From Lama guanicoe (lineage: Eukaryota), in assembly GCA_013239625.1 (NCBI GenBank), contig MU054338.1, positions 3,123,371-3,187,370 of the forward strand: a stretch of 64,000 bases of DNA, given 5' to 3'. A program made the position numbers and the translations under genes. Shown here piece by piece: positions 11,917-25,329 of this stretch; the first letter of the stretch is position 1, and every line of letters starts with the position of its first letter. The notes under the pieces were generated by a model. It did not search any database and was not told the origin of the DNA. It was given only the letters and a program-made list of their open reading frames with translations.

Positions 11917-14900
11917 TCCACTCAAGATGAACAAGCAAGTGTGGGGGTTGGGGGTTCAGGGAGGAATCACTTCCATCCAGGGACTGGAATGACTAATTCC
12001 ACGGGACAAGGGCAGAGGAGGGAACAAAATAGGGGCCCGCACCCCATGGACATACAGCAATGTGCCACAGTGGTGGCACCAGAGTGTTGGCCATGTCACT
12101 TGCATGCCTCCACAAGTCTGGAAATACAAAACATCTGACTCTGAACCAAGGCTCTTAACCATCTCACTACGCTTTCCTGGGAATCAATGAGGGAATGGCA
12201 TTTGAAGCCCTCCCTAAACTAGGATTCTACGGAGACTTCTCAATAAAAGTTCCAGGAAGCATTTTCCCCCCTACCCCGCCATCAGTTCCAAGGACGAATT
12301 ACAGGACAAGTGTAAACTTCTGTCTGGTAGGTGCGTTGAAGCATCTCCCAGGGTCACCCCCAATTCTCTGCAACACCCTAATCAAATCACAGACACTATA
12401 TCCAGCTCATTCCAGCCTCAGAACAGCCTTTGCTTGTGTTTCCTCATTTTGGAATGTTCTGCCCCCACCCAGGGTGCCCAATGGCTCACTCTGCCTTCTC
12501 ATCCAAGCCTCATCTCATCAAGGGAAACGTTCTCTGCTGCCTCACCATCCCCCACGTCAAGTCTACCTTACACATTCGCACAGATCTTCTCCCCAGCACT
12601 TAGTCTAGTTTTGTTGTTGCTGTTGTTGTCTATTTACCGGGCTGTCTTTCTCCCCCATTACACTGTGAGCTCCATGGAGGGCACAGACTGTGTATTTTCC
12701 CTGCTATGTAATCAGCACCCAGTCCAGGACCTGGTACACAGCAGGTGCTCAATGAACATTTGCTGACTCCATAAAGGCATCAGGGAATAAACCAACACAT
12801 CAATCAATAAGTGAATGGATGGTTTTGGTACACACATGAAGATCCTACTTCTCTTCGGTCTCCCCGACAGAAATACCATAGGGGGATGTTTGTTGCAGGT
12901 GTTTATTGGGGAGTATAATTAAATTTGTGGACACTCAAGGGCCAGCCAGCCAACTAATAGCCCCAGGGGAGAGCCAGGCTCGTTTAATTAACAATTATGA
13001 GGCATTGATTCCTCATTAGCTCTGGCAACTCCTGTCTCCCTCCTCAGCCCCAGACAAATGAGATCTTTCTCCTGGGAGTACTGCCTCAGTGGGTCCATTA
13101 ACAAGCAGAGAAAATATGATTACAAGACACCTAAATGCCAGAGGCTCTTCGTGAGTGGGAAGGGAGAGAGAGTTCAATGTCTGCGTTAAGGCAAACTGTG
13201 AAAGACCTTCCGGTATATTTAGATTTGTTCTCTGGGAGTGGGAGAACTTTCAGATAGGAAAAGGCACCCAGATACTGCCCTTTAGGGACCTCAACGAAAG
13301 AGGAGGTTCTGCCCCGGTATTTCGATGAATATCTCTCCAAGGGTGTCTCACCATTGTTCAAATTAATAATATAAAGCTGAACACCCAAACCACCCACCCC
13401 TCAATTTGCCTTGCCTCCATGCCCTCACCATGTGGCAGCCTATCCATGTCCCAGAGACACTCCCCCTCCCCATCCACCTCCCATATTCCCCAAAGCAAGT
13501 CATTCTCATCAAACCTGTTCACCAGACCCCTACCTCCATCACTGCCTGGTCATCTCATGGTCTCTTCCCTCCTCTCCCAAAGAACGCACACAGCCAATTC
13601 ATTTACCACATACAGTGAGGGGTTTTTCTAGAACACAAATCTGATCAAGTCCCATCCTTGTCTTCAATCCTTCCAAGACTCCTACTGCCTACAGGATAAA
13701 ATTCAAATATCTTCACACAGCTTGCATGATCTGGCCCCTCCCCGCTGAGAATTGCCTATCATTTTTCCCACCAGCTACACTCAACAACTTGCCCACCCAT
13801 GACCACCTCTTGCTTGAATTCCCCAACTCAAATATGAGGACGATTCCCCTAAGAAACCCACAGAGAATGCAGATTCCCAGGATCCTCTCAGTTTCAATAA
13901 GCCAGAGGTGGGGCAGGCCCAAGATTCCCCATTGATTCGTATTTTGGGAAATCCTTCCTTTGATTAAAAGTAAAACCCACCAACCTTTTATTGCTCCCAA
14001 AGACCACTGGTAGGGGGAGGGGAACTTCAGTTACTCTCACCAGTTTCATCTTTATATCCCACCATGCCCAGCGCAGTGCTAGCCCCCAGTGAGTATTCAG
14101 TTGAAGTGTAAATGCTTATTTCTGAACCCCTGTCACCTTCATCAGACCCAGAAGCACAGGGACCACATGCACCTATAAAGATGAGACATCACCCAGAGAG
14201 GTGCTGTGGACACCTGAACTGAAGGTACAACCCACTGAGCTATCTTATTCTAATTGGGCAGTGTCCAACTGTCTTAAAGTCTGAGACAACTGTAGTTTAT
14301 TTGGAAGGTGGTCCCAGAAAGCAGAAGTAAAGAAACTAAAGAGTGAGGCAAAGAAGGAGGGGATGCCAATATATGGGGATATAATGGAGTGACTCTAAGA
14401 AACTCAAAATAATAGTGGCTTAAACAAAATGGAAATTTATCTTCTTCCCTTTGACTCAGCAATGCCATGCCTAGATTTACATAGAAGATAAAGGAAAATC
14501 TTTTTCCACAGAATGAGTTTTACAAAAACAGTTAACAACGGCTTTGTTGGTAACAGCCAGAAACTAACTGGAAAGTGGGTAAACAAACTGTGGTATATCT
14601 ACATCATGGGCCACCTCTTAGAGGGAAAAAAAACCAACAAACTGGTAATACAAGCAGCAGACTAAGATGACTGAAGGTCATGCTGAACAAAAGAAGCTGG
14701 ACACAGAAGGATACACACTGCATGATTCCACTTACCTGACATTTAAGAACTGCCAAAACTAATCTGTGTTAATAGAAATTAGAACTTTGGGTGCCTCTGG
14801 GGCAGGTAGGAGTCAACTGGAGAGGGGCCCATGGGAACTGTCCAGGGTTCTGGAAAAAACCCATCCATATTGATTAGGGTAGTGGCTATGCAGGTGCATA

Positions 14901-17099
14901 GAACTGAAAAATCATCAATTTAAGGTCTATGCATTCTACTGTATGAAAAATCCAACTCAATTTCTTTAAGTAAAAAAAATGTAATGCAGTTACTTTATGT
15001 CATATACCTGTATGCAGTTTGGGGCTGGGCTGGTGGTCCATGATGGCAGGACCCAGGCTCCTTCTGTATCATTGCTCTGCTATCCCTTAGTGTGTCACAG
15101 TCATCCATATGGTGTGGTGCACCATTTAGTAAAGTATTGTCTATATTGTACAAGCCCACTAACACTCAGATAAAAACTGGGGGTTCTAGCGCTGTGAGAG
15201 AGAAGAGGAGAATAGGACAGCTAGCAATCTCTGCTACAGATATCTCAAACAGTTGGAAACACATCCAATGTTGTTCATATTGTCCAGGCCAGTTTCCGTC
15301 TGAGACCTCCTGTAAGCCTGTATCTCCAGGATCATATTTCAAAACAGAGTTGTAAACTCCTGAAGAGGAAAGGCAGGTGAATGCATAACAGGGCAACATG
15401 GACTTGGGGGCAGAGCTACCTCAAGCCATGTCACGGCAGCTGCTTCGAGACCCTGGAGAGGCAGACCAGGGCAGAACAAATAAGACAGACAATCCAGGCC
15501 ATGGTGGAGGCAACACAGTTTCAAAACCTAAAAGCACTCATGGGAAGACAGAGTTTGAAATAGGGAATTATCCACTCAGGTGACACTGCAAGAATGAAAT
15601 GCTTGGAAACTTGTAAAGAGCATGTGAGATTGTGCCTCTGAGGCAGTGTATGGGTTGAAAGTTAAAATTAACCAAACTTGGTGCCTAGACCAATGTTTTC
15701 TGACATAATAAGTCTATGCAGGATGCCAAGGACATTCACAAAGTTCCAGAATCATCAGCACTGCTTACCTCTGGAACATTCCATCTTCAAAAGGAGCCCC
15801 ATTCCCATTAAGCAGTCACCACCTCTCTTCCCCTCTCTCCACAGCCCTTGGCAACCATTAATCTGTTTTCTCTCTCTATATGGATTTGTCTATTCTGGAC
15901 ATTTTATATAAATGGTATCATGCACCATGTGGCCTGTTGTGTCTGGCTTCTTTCACTGAGCACAATGCTTTCAAGGTTCATCCACGTTGTAGTGGATGTC
16001 AGGGATTCATTCCTTTTTCATGGCTGAATAATATTCCATTGCATGACCATACTACATTTTCTTTATCCAGACACTGTTTTGATAACTTTAGCTATGCTGT
16101 CTCCTATAAAGTAGGTATCATTATTATAACCTATTTTACAGTAGAGGAAATGGGGGCCCAGTGAGGTAAAGCAAGTTGCTCAAGGTTGCACAGCTAGTGG
16201 ATGGTAGAGCCAGGATTTGAATTTGGGCACTCTGCACCAGGGTATGCATTTTGAACCATGATCTTACACCCCTCTCACAGTTTGGTACTCAGAGATAACG
16301 TGGCAATTGTGATGTGTCCCTCTGTCACTTCCATAGGTAAGAAAGCTGAGGTGCCAACAGGAACAGAGACTTGAGGTCAGTCACACAGCAGGTCATCTCC
16401 AGCCAGAGGAGAAAAGCGATGGTGATGGCAGAACTCAGATGCTTCATCATCTAGAGGCTGCTGTTCAAATGGTGGTCGCCTCCCATCAGAGAGAGTGGGG
16501 GTCCACCAGGGAGAACGTTGATTATACCCTGCACATTAATGGTCCTTCAAAAGAGAGCGGCTTAAGTTTCCATGACAACGGCAGGCGGCATCACAAGGAG
16601 ATAGTTGAGTTTCCTCCCTGGACCCACATCTGGCTCTAGAATCTGTCCCCTTCCATCTCTGCCTTTCTGGATCCCACCAGCCCAGCCGCTAACCAACCCA
16701 GACCAGAGAAGGCAGGTGTGTGAGTGGTTAGAGCTCACACCCACGGGGATGCTCAGAGCTCCCTCTCTTTGGCCTGGTCCCAGCCTAGTGATGGAGGCAT
16801 GGACAGAAACAGCACATACCAGGCACACATGCGAAGCAAAGCAAAAGGGACAGGGCACAGCAAGGAGGTGGTCCCAGGAGCCTCCAGATCACCCTGGGTT
16901 TCCCGGATACATGATACATGTCTAGCCAGCCAAGAAGATGGAGAAAGCTCCAAGATGGAAATCGTTGACAGGGCTGGACAAGGTGAGATTCTCTAAACTG
17001 ACAGTGACCAGACAAGTTACAGAATACTCCCCTCCGGGCAGAAAAGAGATATTTGACAGACCCAGAGTAAAGGTTGCCAAGACTCCTGCTTACTTCCTT

Positions 17100-17410
17100 C
17101 TATATACATTGTATGTGTATATACATATACATTTATTTATTTATTTTATGTTCTATGAATTTATAATATATTTATACATTATGTATTATTTAATTTTATT
17201 ATGTATAATATGTATACAAAGGTGTAACATATATTCATAATACAGTATATACTTTATTATGTCATGTTATAAATACATGATACATCATACAATGTAAATA
17301 TTATAGATTATTTATATTTATACATTTATATGTATTATATTATATATACATAATAAGTATATATTATATAGACAATAGACAATAGTCTCTATAATTAGAC
17401 TATACAATAG
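17100..17410. repeat. AT-rich low-complexity tract
   Basis: Degenerate (TA)n/(TATG)n sequence. Confidence 0.85.
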
Positions 17411-17694
17411 TGTGTATGCCAGGAGAGAGAGAGTATGATAAAGCAAGCGTGACAGAATGCAAACAATTGAGGAACCCAAAGATGCAAAAATAATTAGCCT
17501 CTTCTTGCAACTTTTCTATATGTTAGAAATTATATCAAAATATAAACAACACAAGATTGGTTTAACATTTGAAAATCAGTGTAATTCATTATATTAACAA
17601 CTAAAAGAAAAACCACATGATCATCTCAATAATGGCAGAAAAAGCATCTAACAAAAGATTTTGCCTTAACAAAGCTGTTTTTAAAAAGTCACAG

Positions 17695-18300
17695 ACACAG
17701 GAAAACAGTACAGTGATGTTTCAAAAAGTTAAATGTAGAATTACCATATGATTCCACAATTCCACTCCTAGCTATATACGCCAAAGAACTGAAGGCAGGG
17801 ACTCACATACTTACACACGAATGTTTATTGCAGCACTAGTCACAATAGGCAAAAGGTAGAAAGAACCCAAATGTCCATCAATGGGTGGATGGATAAACAC
17901 AATGTAGTCCACCTATCTGGCAGAATATTACTCAGCCATGAAAAGGAGAGAAGCACTGACACTGGCTACAACGTAGATGAACCTTGGAAACATGATGCTC
18001 AGTGAGGGGGCTAGACACAAAAGGCCATAGAGTGTGTGATTCCATTTATACAAAACATCCAGAACAGGTCAATCCACAGAGACAGAGAGTGGGTTTGTGG
18101 TTGTCAGGGGCTGGGGAGGGGTGTGCGGAGTGGCTGCTAATGGGGACGGGGTTTTCTTTAAGGGTGATGAAAATATTTTGGAACTAGATAGAGACGATGG
18201 TTGTACAACATTGTGAATGCACTAAATGCACTGAATTGTACATCTGAACATGCAGGGGGAGGTTGGTCTTCATATGTCAGACTTTTGCAATTAAAAAAGT
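17695..18300 (+). mobile_element. Old L1M (L1MB-like) 3' region
   Basis: CCCAAATGTCCATCAATGGGTGGATGGATAAAC, GAACCTTGGAAACATGATGCTCAGTG, TGTACAACATTGTGAATG. Confidence 0.85.
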
Positions 18301-18413
18301 AGAAAGACACCTCATCATGGACAGCTGAGGAAGCCGTGCAGATGACGTCTGTCTGCTCCTCAGGAGTGCCTTAGCTCGAGGCCTCTAGAAGACCTCTGCT
18401 GAAATGTCCTTTT

Positions 18414-18530
18414 TTTCAGGCAGGGGATAATGAAGTTTATTTAGTTACTTTTAATGTAGGTACCGGGGACCGAACCTGGGACCTTGTGCATGCTAGGCAC
18501 GCACTCTACCACTGAGCTGTACTCTCCCCC
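18414..18530 (-). mobile_element. tRNA-derived SINE with 15-bp target-site duplication (TSD)
   Basis: TSD CTGAAATGTCCTTTT at 18399-18413 and 18531-18545. Confidence 0.9.
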
Positions 18531-20174
18531 CTGAAATGTCCTTTTGATAGGTGTGTTTAGCCCTAAACCTCTCATTCATTATGATACAAAAAGAACCCAA
18601 TGTGCAATTAATTTAGGGGCTTTTAAAAAGAAGGGAGTGTGCCTTCATCTTTGGCAGGGAATTCCCTTGAAATGCCGTCTTGTCACCGCGGGGTGATTCA
18701 GTGAGGTACTAAATGTGTGGCACCTCCCCTGTGGTCCGTCCTCTAGGTCTTCGCTCCCACGTGCATGGCTTTAAAACATATCTGCAAACTTATCGACATC
18801 CCTCCCACATCTAATTCCCTTCCCCGAGAGGGTGGCGTCTTGATCCTCTCCCTTCAGAGGGGGCAAGACTTAGCGACTTCCTTCCAGCAAATAGAATGGG
18901 TGTAAGTGACTTACTAAAGCTACATGATTCCTGTCTGCAAATACAGTCGTGTTGCGGGTTAGGGCTTCAGTGAATGAACTTGGGGGGGACCCAATTCAGC
19001 CCCCAGCAGTCACTCACCGTGGGGCAGTCTGCTGAGCCCAGATGGACAACGAGAGTGACTGCAACACCGCTTCTTTCAAACACTCTACGTGAAAAATCCC
19101 TGTCTATGAACGAAGCATCCCCCAACCTCCTCCCCCTCTCCCCAGCCAGGTACAACCCACCGTCGCCTGGCCTCCCACACCCCCCATCACACACGCTGAC
19201 TCAGATTCCCTCCTGCCGTCAGATCCCTCGGTGTCTGTCTCGCTCGCTGCTACATCGTTAGCTTCCAGCATGTGGCCCAGCACCTAGTAAGTGCTCAGAA
19301 TAGAAATAAGCATGGCTGAATGAATGAAATAAAGATACCAATGCCTCAGGCTGTGCAAAACAACATCAATCTATTTATCCCTTCAGGGAAGGGAGACACG
19401 TTGAGGTTGTTTCTTAAGAAACTAAACTGTGGCATCTTCCCCAATGAACAGGCAGCTCCCCAGAGAGGCAGCAGACAGTAAACAAACTCTTGGGGGAACT
19501 GAGCGATTTGGTTAGTGATTATAGACGTGCAGTTTAAAGCCACAAGCTACATTTAAGGCTGTTCTGGTTACCACTGCTGCATCAAACGATTCCAAGACAC
19601 ACAGGCTTAAAACAATGATTTTTTTTCTGTCCGACAGATTCTGTCAGTCAAGAATCTGGACAGGCTCAGCTTCTGTGACATGCGGGTGGTGACTGCGCTG
19701 GAGGGTCCCAGATGGCTCCCCTGACGTGGGGGACCCAGCCCTGAAGCGGGGAGCTGGAAGGCAGGGCTCAGCTGGGGCAGCGGGCCTGAGGGGCTACCCG
19801 CGGCCGTCCGGCATGAAGGTCTTTGGACGGTTGACTTCTTTCATGCTGGCTGACTTCCCAGAACGGGCATCTCAGGAGAACCCGGGGACCTTTTATGTCC
19901 TAACCTCGGAAAACCCTGCACCATTTCTGCTTTTACGGCAGAGCTCAAAGCAGGCACGTGCCCACCTACCTTCTACATTCAGGGGGCACAGACATAAACC
20001 CCACCTCTTGATTTCAAAAGTGCCTCAAACACCTATTAGACTATCAGAGAAGAAAGAGGCAGCGCAGGAAGGAGGGAGGCTTCAGGAGAACCGACCCTCC
20101 AACAGGCGCCCTCGGGCTCCAGCCTCCAGAGCTCTGAAACGGTGAACAGCGGCCACGCGAGTCGCCCAGTCGGC

Positions 20175-20715
20175 CTCGGTCGGCCTGGGACTGCTGTCAG
20201 CAAAGCGCCAAGCGCCAAGCGCGTTTCTCCTGCACAGCGCAGGGACTATGTCCGATACCTTGTGGTAACCCACAATGAAAAAGAACGTGAAAAGGAACAC
20301 ATGTGTGTGCATGCATGGCTGAGACATGATGCTGGGCGCCAGACACCGGCGCAACACTGAAAACTGACCACACTTCAATTAAACGAAACGAAACAAAGCA
20401 AAACAAAACGCCACAGACCCAGCAGATCATAAACGGCAGAAACCTGTTTTTCACAGTCCTGGAGGCCGCGAAGTCCGAGATCAGGGTGCAGGCACAGTCG
20501 TGTGAGGGCTCCCCTCCCCCTGGGTCCTCACATGCGGGAGGGGCTGGGGAGCTCTCCGGGGTCCGTCCTCAGGGCGGAGTCCCACTGGGGAGGGTTCCAC
20601 CCTCCTGACCTAATCACCTCCCGGAGCCCCCACCTCCTAACACCATCTCGCTGAGGGGGGTAGGATTTCAGCATATCAATTGGGGGGCGGGACACAGACA
20701 TTCACCGGTAACACA
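20175..20715. mobile_element. MLT1-type LTR (minus) split by an L1 3'-end fragment (20211-20403, plus); both GC-shifted
   Basis: TSD-like CAAAGCGCCA (20201-20210) and CAAAACGCCA (20404-20413); L1 motif AATGAAAAAGAA...CTTCAATTAAA; MLT1 motifs CACAGTCCTGGAGGC and GACCTAATCACCTCCC. Confidence 0.7.
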
Positions 20716-20989
20716 GGCCTAGCAAAACGAATATACTTTTCATTTAATTTCTCACCAGCTTCCCCTACTTGAACCAGATTCCGCAGTTAAGGGGGGTTCG
20801 TCTATTTTTCTCCCAGTTGTCTCCCAGCTCCTCAAAGCGTGCGGAACACCCTGGAAACCTCATGAAATATTTATGGACTGAATGGGTGCATCTAATCTTT
20901 GGCACTGCTATCTTCGCGTCTTTTCTATTATTTTCTCTATTTTTCTGATCGTTTAAAATATGTTCTTATGAAAACGATTTTAGAGCGCC

Positions 20990-21450
20990 CTACGACGAAA
21001 GCCCCCCAGCTGAGGGGTTGGCACGCCCCTAGCGGTGCCTTGGTCTCCTTGGTGCTCGGGGCGCCCGGAGCGCGCAGGTGGCTGCCGTGGGCCCGCATCC
21101 GCGGCCGCGCTCAGGCGGCGCTGGAGGGAAGCGCCGCAGCTGCTGGCGCCCCGCCGTGCGCACCTGGCGGGCGGCCCGGGATGTGCCGGCGCCCGGGGGC
21201 CGGACGCTTGCAGCCTCCCGGGCCTGGCGCGGGGACGCACGGCGGGAGAACAGCCCCCCGCCCCAGACGCAGAGGGGCTGGGGAGGGGGCTTTGGCCTGG
21301 GTGGGCCAGTCACGGCCGAACGGCGGCCCTCGCCCTGTCGGCTGCCCCCCTGGGAGCCTGCGGGGCGCAGAACCAGAGGAAGGAGGAGGTAAACAGTACC
21401 GCATGGAGGAAAGTTAGGCAGGGCGGTGCTGCGGTTAAAATGCGCATCCG
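20990..21450. promoter_or_regulatory. Orphan CpG island about 4.3 kb upstream of FEM1A
   Basis: Very high GC and CpG density in unique sequence; no credible coding frame. Confidence 0.7.
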
Positions 21451-21903
21451 GGAATGACCACTTTACTTACAACACTCATTTATTGAGAACCCACTGTGTG
21501 CTGGGCGCTGCTGGAAACTGGTACACAGCAGTGAACCTGGTGGACCGAAATCCCTGCCTTTTCCGAGCTGACACGGTAGGCAGGCAGACTGAGAATAAAC
21601 GTCATAGATACGTAACATGAAGGAAGTAAGGGTGCAAACTGGTATGTGCTGCGGGGGAGACAGCAAGGTCAGGGGGCCCCCGGGAGCAGGCTTGCTGAGG
21701 ATGGAGATACTTCCATCAGGGACGGTTTCCAGCTACCCCGTGGAGTCATAGGGCCAGAAACTGGGAGACAGGGGGTCCAAACCATCCCATGGTATTTCCA
21801 CCGCGTAGATTCACAGGCATAAGTCACCTCCCAAGCACAGAGAACAGTAACACTTAGTGAGTAATTAGGAGGTGATGAGTTTTTCAGTATGTATCACCTG
21901 TAA

Positions 21904-22048
21904 TTTTTTTTTAATTTGTTTTGTGGGGGGACATAATTAGGTTTATTCACTTGTTTATTTTTATTTTTTGATGGAGGTACTGGAGATTGAACCCAGGACC
22001 TGTGCTTGCTAAGCACTTGCTCTACCCCTGAGCTAGACCCTCCTCCCA
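21904..22048 (-). mobile_element. tRNA-derived SINE (Vic-1-like)
   Basis: GGAGGTACTGGAGATTGAACCCAGGACC...CTGAGCTA. Confidence 0.85.
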
Positions 22049-22629
22049 TCACCTTTGTTTTTATATGATTTGTTCAGTGTTAACAAATTTGCTAATCTCT
22101 GTAATTTAATGTTCACTGCTAGCTGGGTTTAATATCTGGCTGTCCAAAAATCCTGAAAATTTAGCAGTGAGCTCTTGTAAACCAGCGCACACCAGCTCCA
22201 GCAAGCCTGGGAGGGAGAAATGTGAGCGGGACAGAAGTCCTGATGTGAAGTTGGGAGCAGGGACCAGTCAAATTAGAACTTGCTGTGCACGTGTGTCCTT
22301 ACTCTGTCTGCAGCTTACTCTGAGCACAGCTGGGGACGCTCTATGATGTGGGGGTCCCCAAATCTCCCCATTTCCCTCCCCACAGCCTGTTCTCAGTCTT
22401 TCCTCTGGAAGGTAGATGAATCCAAGGCGTGCCCTTCCACTTTCTGGATTCCCTTCCCAAATTCCCCTGCTATCCTGCCCTATCAATTATCTGCCCCCCA
22501 ACCTCATTCTGACTCCACCTTTCCCCTCCCCAGCTCTCCTCTCCTCTCGCTTGCTTGTCTGCATTTCCTGATTTTTTTCCCTATAGAGAGTATACAACAT
22601 TCTAAGGACAGTCAACGACATAAAAGATA

Positions 22630-23192
22630 CCATGGTTTGTCAGGACCTGCAGTGCTGTGGCACCGTGATCTGGAACTTCTAGCCTCCAGAACTCTAAGAA
22701 ATAAAGGTTTGTTGTGTAAGCTACTGTGATAGTTAATGTCATGTGTCAACTCAGCGGAGCTAAGAGATGCCCAGGTAGCAGGTGAAACATTATTTCTGGG
22801 TGTTTCTGGGAGAGAATCAGTAGACTAAGTAAAGAGAATCACCCTCAGCAACGTGGGCGTCATCCAGTCCACCGAGGGCCCCAATAGAACAAAAAGATGG
22901 AGGACGGGTGACTTCTCTCTCTTCTTGAGCTGGGACATCCATATTTCCTACCCTTGGACATTGGGGCCCCTGGTTCTTGGGGCTTCAGACTTGGATTAAA
23001 TTACACCACGAGCTGTGCCTGTTCTCCAGCTTGCAGATGGCAGATCACAGGGCTTCTCAGCTTCCATAACCACATGGGCTAATTCCTACTACATATGTAT
23101 CTCCTACTGGGTTCTGTTTCTCTGGAGGGTCCTAACTAATATAGCCACGCAGTCTGTGGTAGTTGTTACAGCAGCCTGAATTGACTAATACA
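22630..23192 (+). mobile_element. MLT1 LTR with a nested MLT2 (ERVL) LTR at 22725-23143
   Basis: MLT2-like termini TGTGATAGTTAAT...CTAACTAATATA; 5-bp TSD GCTAC/GCCAC; MLT1 3' end resumes afterwards. Confidence 0.75.
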
Positions 23193-23974
23193 GATAATTT
23201 CCTTAAGATTCAGGAAGAAGAAAGCATGGTGCCAGGGAGGGCAGCCACTAAGCAATCGGTCAAGGAATCATACATGAAGACCTGCGTCTCAGCTGAGACC
23301 TGAAGAAGGCCCAAGAGGTAGCCAGGTGAAGAAGGTATGGAACAGTGTTCCAAGCAGAGGGAATAGCACACTCAAAAGCTGGGAGGTGTAGAGAACACTA
23401 CGCATTTCTTGAACATTCCTGAACTTGGCAACCTCCTTCATCTTTCCCATAATCCTCAATAACCTTGGGGCAGGTAGCAGCAAAGGAAAGGAGAGAGTGT
23501 TGGGGTAGGGGTCTGACTTTGGGGATGGGGTTCATGCTTCGCAAGGGTGGCCATAGGTGCAGTCACCCAGGACCCCACGCTCAGAAGGGCCCAACACTTG
23601 GGTTTAATGTTCTGCTGTCCTTGTTGGGAAATTCTTAATCACTTTTGGACAAGGACTACATTTTCTGTTTGCACTGGGCCCTGCAAATCACATAGCCACC
23701 TCTGCCTGGGTTCAAATCCCAACCCTGCCATTTACTTGTCCTGTGCCCTTGGGCAAGTAACTGAAATTCTCAAAGCCCCCTACCCCACAGGTTTACTCAA
23801 GGTGGTATTGGGGAAGTCCCCAAGCCAGATGACTAAGGGCTGAGGCAAATTAACTTAGATTTTGTATTGAGGTTGCTGAATACTGAAGGAAGGAAAATTA
23901 AATTTTTAACAGGGTATTAATGAGTGAGTAAATAAGTATGAGTTTGTGAATAATAAATGAATGTACAAGAAGTG

Positions 23975-25047
23975 AATGGGAAACCATAAAATGAAAAGAC
24001 AGCCTACAGACTGGGAGAAAATATTTGCCAATAACAAGACTGAAAAGGGCTTAACTTCCAAAATATACAAACAGCTAATACAGCTTAATAACAAAAAAAA
24101 CCCCAAACAACTCAATCAAAATATGGGCAGAAGACCTAAACCTTCTATAGAGAAGACATACAGATGGCCAACACGCACATCAAAAGATGCTCAATATCAC
24201 TAATTATCAGAGAAACACAAATCAAAACCCAATGAGATATCATCTCACACCTGTCAAAGAATGTCCATCATTAAAAAGTCCACAAATGATAAATGCTGGA
24301 GAGGGTGTGGAGAAAAGGGAACCCTCCTACACTGCTGGTGAGAATGTAATTTGGTGCAGCCACTACGGAAACCAGTATGAAGATTCCTTTAAAAAGTGAA
24401 AACAGAGTTACCATATGATCCAGCAATCCCACTCCTGGGCATATATCCGGAAAAAAAACAACAACTCTAATTCGAAAAGATACATGCACTCCAATGCTCA
24501 AAGCAGCACTATTTACAATAGCCAGGACATGGTAGCAACCTAAATGTCCATCAGCAGATGACTGGATAAAGAAGTTGTGGTGTAAGTATACAATCGAATA
24601 TTAACCAGCCATGAAAAAGAATTAAATAATGCCATTTGCAGCAACACGGATGGATGTAGAGATGATCATACTAAGTGAAGTAAGTCAGAGACAGACAAAT
24701 ATCATATGATATCACTTATATGTGGAATCTTAAAAAATGACACAAAAGAACTTATTTACAAAACACAGGCAGACTCACAGACGTAAAAAACAAACTTATG
24801 CCTACCAAAGGGAAAGGGGGGTGGGAGGGGGAACTTACAGGCTTAGGATTTTCAGATACAAACAACTATATATAAAATAGACAAGCAAGGTCCTGTTGCA
24901 TAGCACAGGGAACTACAATCAATACCTTGTAATAACCTATAATGAAAAAGAATATATACATACATATGTAACTGAATCACTATAGTGTACACCAGAAACT
25001 AGCATAACATTGTAAATCAACTATACTTCAATTAAAAAAAAAAAAAA
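23975..25047 (+). mobile_element. 5'-truncated LINE-1 (disrupted ORF2 C-terminus, 3'UTR, polyA)
   Basis: KMKRQPTDWEKIFAN and MRYHLTPV peptides are L1 ORF2 C-terminal motifs; polyA at ~25034-25047. Confidence 0.95.
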
Positions 25048-25329
25048 GAGGAAGAAGAGGGAGAGGGAGAAGAGAACGAGTGCGGGCCTTTAACCCTTAG
25101 GGCCACCTGTACTCTCCGCTCCCCCAATGTCCCTGCCCCGCCCCACTTTCCTGCGTCTCTCGAGCGCCCCCTTGCCAGTGTACGACTCGGCCTCGCCAAG
25201 CCCGAATCAGACACTCGCCTGACTTCGCCTTCCTTCTGGCCCCTGACTGGCTCCAAGTCGCTTGTCATGCCCTTTGGAGAATGCAGTCCTTTGGCCCGCG
25301 CCTGAGTTTCCCGTCGGCTCAGCCACTGT

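Larger units (their letters stand above)
10560..12260 (+). ncRNA. MIR7-3HG: Probable miR-7-3 host lncRNA. Putative exons ~10560-10600, 10688-10777 and 11684-11751; 3' end uncertain
   Basis: Splice signals TTTACAG|G (10687), GAG|GTAAGT (10777/8), TCTCTCTCCAG|G (11683), CGG|GTGAGG (11751/2); AATAAA at 12242-12247; synteny with the human locus. Confidence 0.5.

Noticed and set aside
18657..18666. Isolated kB-like words (GGGAATTCCC here, GGGGATTCCC at 59694)
   Set aside because: Single 10-mers without supporting context are expected by chance in 64 kb
23976..24501. ORFs with L1 ORF2 similarity
   Set aside because: Frameshifted fragments of a truncated L1
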